The position numbers were made by a program, and so were the translations under genes. A stretch of 64,000 nt of DNA from Trichodelitschia bisporula (Eukaryota): the NCBI GenBank assembly GCA_010356995.1, contig ML996704.1, forward strand, positions 682,001 to 746,000. Reading direction: 5' to 3'. Of this stretch, positions 24,744 to 36,778 are shown piece after piece. The notes beneath the pieces were generated by a model, which worked only from the letters and a program-made list of their open reading frames with translations, was not told where the DNA came from and made no database searches. The first letter of the stretch is position 1, and every line of letters begins with the position of its first letter.

Positions 24744-25923
24744 CTACCCCCTCCTCAACCCCAGCGTAATAGCCTCATTCCCCCCCCCCAACCCCAAATA
24801 ACACGGCACGCCCCACGTACTCGGACACGGATCCCACATGCGATACACCACCTCCCGTTCAATAGCATTAACCCGATCCACATCCTCCCTCTGCAGCGGG
24901 CACCTAAACGCCTGCAGATTCTCCTTCTGGTGGTCCACCCTCTTCGCCCTAGGGTGCACGATTACTCCCCTTGCCATGTTCCAGGCGAGGGATACCTGCG
25001 CAGGCGTGCAGCCCCGCGCGGCACCGATGCTGAGGAGCGTGGGGTGCGTGAGGAGGGGTTGTGGGAGGTGCGCGGAGGAGGCGCTGGTGTAGCGCCCGCC
25101 GCTCATGCCGCCGGGCCGGTAGGCGGGGTTTGTGTCGCCTAGCGGGGCGTAGGCGGTTACGGTTATGTTGTGGGTGCGGTGCAGGGCGAGGAAGGGGGTT
25201 TGTTGGAGGTAGGGGTGGAGCTCGAATTGGTGCACCTGGGGCGGTTAGTTCTCAGCATTCCAAAGAAGGGGGGCGCAAACGCACCTTGGGCTTTATGCTC
25301 GCGGCCTTGAGTAAATCCTCCAGCTGCGTGACGTTGAAGTTGGAAATCCCGATGAAGCGCGTTTTGCCCGCCTCGGGGGCGTTTTTGGCAGAGACGATCT
25401 TCTCCATCTCCTTCCACGTTGGGATGATGTCGTACTCGCTCTTGTTCCCGTTCGTGGTGCCGACGGGGAAGTGCATGAGGGTCAAATCGAGATACTCGAG
25501 CCCGAGTTGCTTGAGGTTGAGCGCGAGTCCGCTCGGGACGAGCGCGCCATGTCTGTCTTCATCAGCCCCACCCTCCACATTTCCCAGCTCCCCTCTTTCC
25601 CCAACATACCTGGTACTCCAAAGCTTACTCGTAACCCACAAATCCTCCCTCCTCAACCCCGTCCGTCTCAACCCCTCCGCTATCCCCTTCCCAACCGCCT
25701 CTTGGTTCTGATATGCCGTCGCGCAGTCAATGTGCCTATACCCGAGCTCGATGGCCGATGCGACGGCCTCGGTGGCGTTGGCGGGCTCGTCCAACATCCA
25801 GGTGCCGAAGCCGAGTTTGGGGGGGTCGGTGTGGGGCCCGGAGGGGGGCGATATAAGGCTCCAGGGGGTGTGGAATTGGGCTGAGCCCAGTGAGGCCAGG
25901 GCGAGGAGAATGGGAGGATGCAT
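24744..25923 (-). CDS. Aldo-keto reductase with N-terminal signal-like peptide, multi-exon
   Basis: LGFGTW, GYRHIDCATAYQNQ, LWVTSKLW, LEYLDLTLMHFP, IGISNFN, HQFELHPYLQQ, TAYAPLG. Confidence 0.93.
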
Positions 25924-27145
25924 GACGGTGGTTGTGGGGTGGAGGGTGAGGGTGGGGTGCGGGGCGAGCGCGGTGATAAGGTTTATGGGCATTCGATTCC
26001 GTGGACGGATGTAATTAATTCATTCGTGCAGCACCCGGCCGGCGCGGCTAGACTCCGGCCGCTACGAGCTGGAGAATCGGGATGCTGCTACCGTCGGACG
26101 GGCAGCAAGAGCGCGATTTGGTGCGTATAGTTGGCGGTATATAGATCGTATATAGACCGTTGACCGGGGGGTGATGGGTGGGTAGGCAATTTGCGCAACG
26201 TGCCGGTGAGGTGTGGGGGCACATGACGTTCACAATGGTTGCACGGATGGAATGCTATGGTTCAGTGTTAGAATATGGCGGAGGAGGGAGTGGGCGGCTG
26301 GGAATGCTGGTGCTCGTACGCTGGGTTGGGGCCGTATGGGGCCCGGGTGCGGGAGATAAGCTTGAGAAAGCGGTTGACCGCTGGGCGGGATATTGGGCCA
26401 AGATGACGTTGCTGGTTCGGATGCAATTTTGAACGGTGCCTGGCTTACTGTGCTCATTGAGTGAGTGGGACTGTCGCGATTTCAGATCGGGGATGGGTGG
26501 TTATAGGGCTTGAGGCGGACCTCGGCTGTACCTGACTGGGCCTACACACCATCGCGACGACCACCGTCAATGGCATTGTGGAGGAAGCGCGCGAGAGGAA
26601 GAGTTTGGGCTAATGGAAATTCACACACCCACGTGCCATCCTGATGGTGTGGGGGCTAAATGGGACAGATTGGGATGACGACAACGCTCAACGCTCAATC
26701 CGATAAACGCCGATGTTGGGAACAGAGGGAAACTGGGTATATGATCCACCGTTAAAAGGAAATGAGAACGCCACGCTAATTGGGACATGAGGAACAAAGA
26801 CGCCACGCTAAGCCGGACATGAGAGACAAATCATATGCACGTTGTTCCACCGGGAGCGTCGTATTTGTGTTTGTGCAGTGGGGTGTGCTCGGAACGGGCT
26901 CCGAGGCCGTAGGCGGGGGTGTTAGGCGAGTGGGTGTAGTGATAAAGGGCCGGAGTGGAATGGAGTAGCGGAGGATGAGATGAGTGGTAATTAGGCAGTG
27001 AGGGCGATGGTCAGAGGGTGTTGGACTTGTTTGGGTGCAACTCTGCGCCAAAATTCAAGGGCCATCAGACGGAAATCGACCGCGGGGCGTATTTCGGCAT
27101 GCGATCCGCTACCACCATCATCAGACGGCAAGTGGCACTCGATGC

Positions 27146-27703
27146 TTAAGCGGAACGAAAATCCTCGTCCTCGTCGGCGGCGCCGTCGTCGTAACCGAAG
27201 CCCTGGACCTGCAACGCATTAACCACTTGCAGCAACCCGCTCCCTCACGACTGACTGCACATTGAGCACGCTCTGCGCCCAGTTCGGATGCAGCGTCTCC
27301 AGCGTAACATCCACCACCGCACGCATAAAGTCCTGATCCCCCAGCTGCTGGCCCAGCTGATACGTCTTGCCCAGCAGACTCGTGCAGTCCGTAGTGTATT
27401 GCCTAACGGACTTGATGCCGCGCGCGCCTAGGTACAGTCGGTTGGAGTACACCCAGTGGGCGTAGGCGTTGAAGACGTTGGGGGCGACGTTGGGGAGGCG
27501 GATGATGGTGGTGCCTGTACCGCCTTTGCTTTGGAAGAAGGGGGAGTGGGAGGTGAGGAGGCGGGCGTGGAGGGTGAAGTCGCGGGTGCCTTCGACGGTG
27601 GATTCACCGGTGCGGATGATGAGGAAGTCGAGGCCGTGGCTGGGGGGGGGGAGTTGGCTTACTCGGGGGCGTCTTCGAAGTGGCGGAGTGTGTTGACGGC
27701 CAT
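27146..27703 (-). CDS. Short BTB/POZ-like protein; exon boundaries uncertain
   Basis: DFTLHARLLTSHSPFF, IIRLPNVAPNVFNAYAHWVYS, YQLGQQLGDQDFMRAVVD. Confidence 0.65.
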
Positions 27704-28050
27704 TTTGATATGGGGAGTTTGCTTTGAGGGTGTTCGGATAGGTTAGAGAGCAAGTGCTTCAAACGAGTGACAGCCTCTGAGGATAACAGAAAGAAGAGGT
27801 GATAAGACAGATGAAGAATCAGAAGATAACAGAAGAGCAAAGGCCAAAAAAAAGAAGTTGGTGATACAGCAGCTATGCGGGGTAGCTGTCGGAGGTGTTG
27901 TCACTCCAGACGCGCTATCACGTGTGTCAAGGAGGGGTGATTTGAAGAGCTGTTTCGTCATCCCAAGAAAAAGCTTCGTCAAAACATCACCACACGAACT
28001 CTTCATCAGAGGAAAGTAAACTGGCGGATCGCCTTCAAACTCAGCAGACA

Positions 28051-29452
28051 ATGTCCATCTCAACCGACGCCGGCCACTTTTTCCAAACAACGTGAGTTCC
28101 AACGCCCTCATATCCAACCCACCCCTCACCACGCCAGCTCCTCCCTCGACGAATCCCGCCGCCGCGCCACCAAACGCACCAACACCGCCGGCTCCCCCAT
28201 CCCTCTATCCTCCAAGATCCTCGCCCTCGCCCCCGATCCCTACGCCCCAGATACCGCCGTCTACGTCTGCGAAGCCGCGGGCTGCGTGCGGCGCGTCTCG
28301 CTCGAAGTGTGTAAGCTCTCCCCGCGCCAATTGCGTGCCGCTGCGTGGCCACCCCGCCCACACCCACGCAGGGCGTTGACATTCTGCGGAAACGAACTCC
28401 CCGTGCTAACTCGCCCCCAGCCGCCATGCGTGTCGCACGTCTTCCGCCCCGACGCAGCGCCCGATGCCCCGCTCACCTGTCTCGCGCTGCTGCCCGGCCC
28501 GCGCAGCGGTGGGACGCTGTTCGCCGGGAGCTGGGACAAGAACATATACGCCTGGCCCCTGCCAGCCGCCGCAGCTGGCTCCACCGATGATACACCCGGA
28601 GCGTCCTCCGAAGCTAAAGTCAAGGCCGTGAAGCGCACGGCCCGGCTCGTCGGCCATACCGATTTTGTGAAAGCCCTCTTGGTTGCGCCGTTGCCGGCGC
28701 CACTGCTTATTTCAGCGTCTGCGGACGCGACGATCGCGGTTTGGGATCCGGTTACTGGCGCGCGGTTGCATGGCCTCGTGGGCCACGCGCGCGGCGTGCA
28801 GGCGCTTGCGCTGGAGGATGTGGGCACCACTGGCGCGGGCGAGAGCTACGCAACGATTTTTAGCGCGGATAGTACGAGGGAGATTCGGCGGTGGTTTGTG
28901 TCTGCTTCGCGCGCATTTGAGCTATCTACGGATCCTGGCACGGATGTGGAATCCGCCGCTGCGCCGGATGAGCCGCTGGCCCCGCTGGTAACGCACGAGA
29001 CGAGCGTGTATGCGCTGCGGGTGGACGGGGATGGGGACTTGTGGACTGCGAGTGCGGATAAGAGCGCTAGATGCTTAGTGCGGGAGCGCGGGTGGAAGGC
29101 GGATACAATTCTAAAGCATCCGGATTTTGTAAGGGATGTGATTGTTGATGAACGGAGGGGGTTGGTGGTGACGGCGTGTCGGGATGAGGGCGTGCGGGTT
29201 TGGGATCGGGGGACGGGGAAGTGTGTTGCTGAGCTTGAGGGCCATTGGGAGGAGGTTACGGGGTTGGCGCTGGTAGGGAAGGGGGTTGTGAGTGTGGGGA
29301 TTGATGGGACGGTGAGGTGGTGGCCGCTTGATAGGACGGAGTTGGAGAGGTTGGCGAGGCGTCCGGAGGAGGAGGAGGGGGGGAAGAGTAAGGTGGTCCT
29401 GACGGCGGAGGAGGAGGCGGAGTTGGCAGAGTTGTTGGATGATAGCGACTAG
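28051..29452 (+). CDS. WD40-repeat protein, multi-exon
   Basis: LFAGSWDKNIYAW, GHTDFVKAL..SASADATIAVWD, LWTASADKS, GHWEEVTGL..GIDGTVRWW; first exon MSISTDAGHFFQT|. Confidence 0.9.
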
Positions 29453-29875
29453 CTGCATCGTCTGCATTGGGGACTCGAACCACTAATTGCTCCTCGCTGA
29501 GCCGCAACTTGTGCGTGTCGTTCTCCGCGTCTACTGAGCCACTGACCCGGTTCTTCTACAATAGCAAGGCTAATCTTACGCCACATGTCGATATGAAGCC
29601 CTCTATCCTGGCTAGCCCATGCTGTCGAGCTGTCGATCAGCCCCATGTCCACACCTCTACCCGTGCTTAGGTTCTCTGCTTCCCCGGTTCCTGCACGCGA
29701 GGTGTGCATTGGACATTGGACTTTCCGGTGAGGTCTGAATATGCCATTGCGCCTCGCGCTTCACACAAGCTCACGCCACTCTCAGCATTTCAACTCCGAA
29801 GTTATACATTTCATCACCTCCTCCCCACCCTCTTTATATACATTTCCCTCCCTCCCTTCCTATATGTTCATATGT

Positions 29876-30281
29876 TTATGCGCCGACGCACGCACAAACA
29901 TCCGCAACAGCAGGCTGAACCTTGAGCGTATCCGCCGCCGGGCACCCCTTCACCACGCACGCGGCCGCCTTGGGCTCGATGGCGCTGCGCTTGGCGCAGA
30001 TGCATTTTAGGTCTGTGGGGCCGGTGCAGCCGGCGGCGGTGATTTCGGGGTCGATGCAGGTGCGCTGCGAGCGAGCGTCAGCGAGCGAGCTAGAACTAGA
30101 GCGGGGGGGGGGAGAGCTTGAGGGAGTGGGAAAGNNNNNNNNNNNNNNNNNNNNNNNNNNNNNNNNNNNNNNGGGAAGCCAGGGAACTCACCCCGCAAGC
30201 CGGGATGGCAGCCACCTTAGCCGCGCAGTCCTGCGCTGCGGCGGCGGTGATGAGGACGGCGAGGATGGTGAGGAACTTCAT
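29876..30281 (-). CDS. Small secreted CFEM-domain protein (intron contains an N gap)
   Basis: Signal MKFLTILAVLITAAAA; IPACG|RTCI...GC..PTDLKCIC...ACVVKGC...VC, the CFEM cysteine pattern. Confidence 0.85.
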
Positions 30282-31188
30282 TATTGCTGTAAGGAGCGTT
30301 GGGTGGTATGGTACACTTGGAAGGACTGATGGCGTGATGGTGATGATGTGATGCTGGGGCTGGATGGTGAAAGGGGATGGGGAGGGTATTTATACGCCCT
30401 CTTCGCCCCAGCTCGCCCCAGCTCGCTCAGGGAATCCGAAGTTGGGGGCTGGGCTCATCAGTGTGGGGATGGAGCTTGTGGAGGAGATTGCGCCGTTGGG
30501 ATCTCGGCTGCGTTACGCGCGCACAGCGGGTAGATGACGGGGCGCTCGGCGCTCATGATCGCCGCAATTAGCTACGCGGGGCGCGGGCGGCGGATAGAGG
30601 CGCCAAGTGCGGTTACGCGGGGAAGCGAAGAGTAGGTGATTACTTGAGTACGCCTGGATGAGAATCTATTGCTAACTAGCGTACCGTAGCGCTCATCAGA
30701 ACCGAGGACCGGGTATCAAGAGACGAGAGGGCAATTCGACTGCGCCGACGGGTCCAGAACATGTGAAGAGATTCATTCGCGACGCAGCATACAAGCGGAG
30801 ATGGCGTAATGACAGCGATATCGATGCGCGACCCTCGCCCCGTGTTAGGCACGCCGATATGAGGCGCGACTCAGGTACAATGCGCCCTTCATTCTCAAAC
30901 ACGGGCCGGACAGTTCCCGTGGATACTTTATCGCAAACATGCATCGCCCAACCCCACCATTGAGGGAATGACAGACGGCTCGTCTCGAGCGAGGACAGCT
31001 GGGACTGGAGTGACGTCCATTAAATGTCGCATGTGATCCAGGTGGTTGGAGTGACGTCGTGAAACTTCCCGCGCCACGTTTTCAGCCTCGCAAGGCTGTC
31101 CGTTGTGCCAAGCCGGGTCGGATGTCACCACGCGGCCAACGTGCGACTACCCGACCTCTCTCCTCACCTCATCCGCATCCAGCACAGC

Positions 31189-33191
31189 CTACATCCCCTT
31201 CTTCATCTTCGCCAAAACACTAGGATCCACACTCACCGGCTTCTTCTCCCCACTCTTCCCCTTCATCCGGGCCAACATCTCGGGATCGATATCCACCGGC
31301 TTCGGCGTCTTGCCCTTCATTTGGGACAATACCGCGGGATCGATATTCACCGGCTTCGCCCCCGCGCCCGCCTGACTGGTTCCCTTGGCCACTTTCGGCG
31401 CACCCTTCCATGCCCCCGTTGTGACTGGCCGTGCGGGCGGAATGGTGTATTTCTGCCGGCCTACCCGGCCCGTCCCCGCGGGGCGCGGGGCTTCTGACGC
31501 TGCCCGCGGGGCGGGTGGGCGGGATGCTTTTTGAGCTACGGGGGCGGAGATGACGGAGGCGGCTTTGGGGGGTGCCCGGGATGAGGCGGGAGGTGGTTTG
31601 CGGGCAGGTTGGGTGGGTGGTTTGGCCTTTGCGGGAGCGGAGGGTGCGCCGGTGGGTTTCCCTGCGGCGGCGCCTGTAGGTTTGCCTACGGCTGGGCCGC
31701 CGGACATGCCGGGCATGCCGTCGAGCATCGGGCGCAGCGCGGCGAGGTACTCCTGGAGCATGTCGCGCTGAGCAGGGGCGGGCGTTTTATTCGCGTCTTT
31801 TGCGGGGGCCGTTGCCTTGGATGCAGGGCGTTTCTCAAGCTTTGATGGCTGGGCCGAGTTGTCGTCGCGGGTACCCGTAAGTGCGCCCTTCCCCTTCGCC
31901 GCATCCTGTAGCATCTCCGCCAGGGCCTTCGGATCTGCGCCCCCACCCGCCATGCCCAGCACCGCGCCCACCGCCGTCAGCGGCGCAAAAATCGCCAGAA
32001 ACTCCTCCATGCGGTTCGGGCGGATATCCGTCTCTATAACGCGGGCCGGACACGGCTTTGGATTGGGTTTGGTGAGCCACAAAGAGTCGGAGGGGAATTT
32101 GTTGTGCCGCGCAAAGTGCTCGAGCATGTAGTCTTTCTCGCGCCAGCGGTTGCGCAGCCAGAGTGCGAAGGCGTCGTCGTTATCGATGGGGATGGAGGAG
32201 ATGCGGAAGCGCCGGAAGTGCATGTTTACGGATTTTGGGGGGCGGCCTTCGAACATGCTGCTGCGAAGGGTGAAGATGTCTTGCCCGTATTGGCCTTCCC
32301 TGTCGGGGGGTTAGCTTTTGGGGGGACGGGGGAGATGGGGGGCGTACGGGATGCCTTCGTAGCCGATTGTCACGTCGTACAGCCACTCGGTACTCCTTCG
32401 CAGATTCTGCAGGCTGAATTGCAACCCCTTACTCCGGGGCAAGAGGACGTGTTTCATGTCCTGCAGGCCCTGCTTGTCGGCCCAACGCTTACTCGCCGCT
32501 CTCGTCTCCTTCGCGAGATTCGTGCCCTCGGGGAATATAACCAGCCACATCGGATCATCATTATCGAGCGCCTGAAGCGCGTCGCGGAACCGCGCTTGGT
32601 CTTTCTCCCAGTCCCTGGCCAGGAAAATGAAGTTATACATCTGGGCGCCCCAGCCGACGAAAGGCACGTTTCGGAGTGCTTCCTTAAGCACAATGTAAAT
32701 CGCTCCGTGCATGTTGTTCGTGTACGCCACCCACCAGAGATACAACCAGTCGGTGTACAGCTGATGATTCGCCATCAACACAATCCGATCCGGAAACCGG
32801 CACTGCAGCGTCCCATCGGCGCTGCGCGCCAATTGCTTCGGTATACTCTCATCCCCACTGACGCGCACGACGGTCGGCGACCACCATGCTGTCATGGTAG
32901 TAATGAGCACGCCGAACGATTGCTTCGTGAACGCCATGTATGCCTGGTAGAACTTAGGGTCGATGACCTTAAGCGGCGCGCCGAGGAACTGCGTCGCATT
33001 GATTCTGCACTCGTTAGTCCGGTCCGCAGCGGGACGTGGGACACGCACGCGAGGATGCCAGATATGAACGTCGAGGCCGCGGTGAATGCGCGCTCGGCTT
33101 GTCCAACCGGGCCGACGGCGGCGCCGCCCGGTGGGGCTTTGCTGCTTAGGCCGGCGCCGAGGTCTGCGAGGGGTTTTGCGGGCGTAGTCAT
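31189..33191 (-). CDS. Lysophospholipid acyltransferase (PlsC family, CST26/LCLAT-like) with long low-complexity tail
   Basis: ANHQLYTDWLYLW (HX4D), FIFLARDWEKD, LVIFPEGT, LLPRSKG, LYDVTIGY. Confidence 0.92.
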
Positions 33192-33548
33192 TGTGTATAG
33201 AGCATTTCTGATAAAAGAGAAGTTGAGATGCGATGGTGTTTCGACTCTCGGGGCGTGGCGGAGGACGCGGGCGTCATCGACTAGGAAGCGAAGTGTGGCA
33301 CGGCAGACAAGGCTGGCCCCAGACCATCGGGCGCCGGCCATTGGCCCGCCGCCCCCGATCCGCGTCCTGTTTTCGCGGCTGACGTCAGGGCTGTGGCGGG
33401 GGCAGGGAGTGCCAATCTCTGTTCGGGGGGGATACAAACACTGCTCGCTATCTCGACCGCACCGCCTCAGTTCTACATCTCGCATTGCTAGTCGAATTGC
33501 AAGTCTACCTATTTTACCTCTTGTCAAAGAAATTGAGCACAGCACACA

Positions 33549-34106
33549 ATGCCTGGATCCGTACAATCCCCGCGCAGCACCGTCTCGCGCACCAAGCCCT
33601 CCGGCCAACTCAACGGCGCCGTCAAGCACGCACCCAACGGAGCAAGCCATGGGCCCTTCGAAATCATGGCCGCGCGGATTGCGAACCGTGTCGCCGAGAT
33701 GGCGGAGAACATGACTTTTGTCGAGCGGTACGTCCCCCCTTCCCATTATCCTCCCATCACCCTAAAGCAATTACCCGTCACTTCCAGCCTTGCTAACACG
33801 CCCAGTTCAATGCCCTCGCCCGCCCCCCAACAGAACACCAGCCAACCCGCAAAGAAACCGCCCCGCAAGCTCGAGATCCGCCTACCAGGCCAAGGGACAG
33901 AGCACATCCGCTTCTCGGCCCCCTTTCTCGACAACACGTTGGGCAAGATGTTAGCTTTGCAGAACCGGATGTTGAAGACGGGGTCCGAGTTAGCGGCGGA
34001 GGAGAGTGTGAGCGATCAGGTGAAGCGGGAGCAGTTTGAGCAGAGTGCGGAGTTGGCGCGGATTATTGCGCTGATTTGTGCGGAGAAGGCGAGGCAGGGG
34101 GCTTAG
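33549..34106 (+). CDS. Hypothetical protein
   Basis: 185-aa ORF with probable in-frame intron (GTACGT..CTAAC..CAG); helical C-terminus. Confidence 0.55.
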   Translation: MPGSVQSPRSTVSRTKPSGQLNGAVKHAPNGASHGPFEIMAARIANRVAEMAENMTFVERYVPPSHYPPITLKQLPVTSSLANTPSSMPSPAPQQNTSQPAKKPPRKLEIRLPGQGTEHIRFSAPFLDNTLGKMLALQNRMLKTGSELAAEESVSDQVKREQFEQSAELARIIALICAEKARQGA

Positions 34107-34555
34107 GGGGGGGAAGATGTGGTTTTGGGAGGAGTTGACGGCGTTGAGGGGGCTGCTGCGTTGGATTCTGCTATGTAACGAGTATCAATATCTGAATATC
34201 AACATCTGAACATCGCGATCGCGTGCCCATCTGCTTGATTCTCGCTATGCCGGTACCTCCAGCATGTACCTCCAGCATGTACCCCACGTGATATACGTCA
34301 CACCCAACACAATCAGGTTTCGCCCCCTCCCCCCCGCCCACCAGCCTCACACGCAAGGCCGGCCGTCGCATTCGCCACCTCCATCCAATCTCGATCCGCC
34401 TCCACAGTCACTCCCCTAATCGAACAGTCCTCCGTCACTCAACCACTCCCTCTCAATCCCAATCTAAACCACTTCAATCCAAACCTACTCTCCCTCTCTT
34501 CCACCTCTACTCTTCCCTCTCAATTCCTTCCAAATCACTTCCCCAAAACACCATA

Positions 34556-35716
34556 ATGGCCGGAATAGTAACCAACATAATAACCAACTCCCTCTCCGGC
34601 CTCGCCGCCGGCGCCATCACTACGGCGGGCGGGTACGCAGGCGACGCCGTCAATGCAGTGGGCGATGCAATCGAAGCGAAGGGACGAGCTTACGGCGATG
34701 GTACCATCCTCAAACCCGTCCCCCACTCCCTCCAAACCCGCTAACCCCTCCCCCCCCCAGCCGTCGACCACGGCATCTCCAGCTACGCCAGCTACGTCTC
34801 CTCCTACGGCGAAGCCGTCAAGAGCGCAACCGCCCCGAACCCCGGCACCTTCTCATCACCAACACAGTACCGCATCACGGGCCCCAAGGAGCGACTCGCG
34901 CTCCCCGCGCCGAAGCAGCAGAAACTCCTCATGCCGCCACCACCCAAATCCAGCACTTCCACTTCAACCGTCAAACCCAAAACCGCGGCCAAAACCACCG
35001 TCAGCACCGCAAAAGCCTCCAGCAAGCATCCTATCAAACCATTCACCCCCCCAAAACCAGGTACCACAGCCCTAACAGCAGCAAACCTCTCCCGCGTCCC
35101 GAACAAACCCAAACCCTTCCCCACGCAAGCCGCCCTCCCCTCCACCATCGCCCCCTCAAGCTCCATCTCCACCCGCCCTCGCCCTGCGAATACGAAACCC
35201 GCGGCTGCGACCCCCTACTCCCGCGACACGCCCTACGCTCCCCCCGTAAAGAACGCCTCCGGGAAGGTAGTCCCCGCATCTGTGGCGCTGTCCCCGCATG
35301 CCAGGATGGTGCGGGACGTGCGCTCCGGAAAGGGACGCGGCAAGGCGGATTCCACCGTTGCCCGGGGCGTGCGCGAAGGTGGCGGGCACATCCCACTCGG
35401 AAGTTTGGCTGGCGTTGGACAGAAGGGTGGGGCGGGGGCGCCGAAGAAGGCGACTAGTGTGGTGAATAAGACGGCGGGGAGTACCGTGGGGAAGAAGGAT
35501 GCGTATCCCGGGCCTCGGCGCGAGGGCGGCAAAGTCGATTTTCTGGGCGTCGGGTTCGGGGATCAGAAGAGTGTTGTTGGTAAGGCTGGTCCCGCCGGGA
35601 AGGCGCCCAGCGTGGTCGCTAAGGCTGGCGCTCCCGCCCGGAAGGCTGGCAGCGTGGTCGGTGGGAAGGCAGGGAGCGTGGCGAAGAGCGCGGGGGGCGG
35701 GGTGAACTTCTTCTAG
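34556..35716 (+). CDS. Hypothetical basic low-complexity protein, 1 intron, with K(A/G)(G/P)SV(V/A)G repeats
   Basis: Exon 1 MAGIVTN...AYGD, phase-1 intron 34701-34760, continues in frame into ORF 34931-35716. Confidence 0.75.
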
Positions 35717-35844
35717 ACGTGTTATTGCTGTTATATTCGGCGTTTGGCAGGCGTAGTGTATGTTAGGTCTCAAGGCCAGCCCGTTCAATCACTTCATCCC
35801 ATCACGCACGTAGTGTCAACCCCCTCCATTCCCCTAACCCGCAC

Positions 35845-36138
35845 CGAGGGCGGAAAGTCGGCGTGGGGTTCGGGGATCAGAAGAGTCTGGTCGGTGGTAA
35901 GGGGCCGAGCGTGGTAGGAAAGGCTGCCGCTCCCATCGGTAAGGCGGGGAGCGTGGTCGGCCGCACAGCCGGTCCCGCCGGGAAGGCCCCGAGCATCGTC
36001 GGCGGCAAGGCCGGTAGCGTGGCGAAGAGTGCGAGAGGTGGCGTGAATTTCTTCTAGGCTCGATCTGTTAGTTCTAGTCGGCGTTCGGGGGCGTACTTAG
36101 GTCGCAATGCCAGTCCCATTCAATCCATTCAATCCCAT
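35845..36138 (+). repeat. Diverged tandem copy of the 3' coding end and 3' UTR of the preceding gene (~35521-35801)
   Basis: Both copies encode GFGDQKS...GGKAGSVAKSAxGGVNFF* and share ttaggtcNcaaNgccag..ttcaatc..tcccat downstream. Confidence 0.9.
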
Positions 36139-36778
36139 TGCAACGTACAATAGGAACCCGCCTCCGCCTCCCCCCCCCCCCCGCTCCCCAAGCACGCATG
36201 ATGGAGGCATGTCCTTAGACGTGCATTCAAATAGCGTACATCCGTAAAGTGAGGGGTTTGATGGAAGATGGAGTAAGAGAGAAGAGAGAAGAGGCTCGTG
36301 GACTGAATGTACGATGTGGCGATAGCTTCCTTTGTTACCTTCCTTACTCTGGTGAGCACGTCACCGTCGGCACTCCCATTCCTAGTAAGTACAGTACGTC
36401 ACCGTGTTCCATCTACCATGACCCTCGGTCCTTCCTACGAGTAGAATGCTCCTTGCAGCGGTATATATGTAGTTGCAGGTACGTCTGCCTGAATGCCTGG
36501 TTTTCATCGTGTCCACATCTGATGTAGACATATATATTCAATTTAACCTCCAGTGCGGTTCCCGAAGGTCCATGCAGAGGGCAGCAATGAGCTAGCCAGC
36601 TAAGCTAGATATAACGATTGTATTTAACTCTCGAGAGTCTCTTCCTCGCTACAACTCTGTCTTTACCTCAATTTTCAGTACTATAGTTGCATTCGTATCG
36701 CTGTGAGCCTTTGCTCCCATCAACATCAACCCACCCCAACGCCATCCGTCCAAAATCCAACCCACCCTCTTAAACACA

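Noticed and set aside
32104..33714. 536-aa plus-strand ORF, and similar long ORFs at 46002-47150, 37768-38715, 1677-2669 and 14566-15468
   Set aside because: Antisense shadows of real genes in GC-rich DNA; no recognisable motifs
34252..34284. Short tandem duplications (GTACCTCCAGCAT x2; also near 5074-5104 and 54081-54115)
   Set aside because: Two-copy local slippage repeats with no evidence of function
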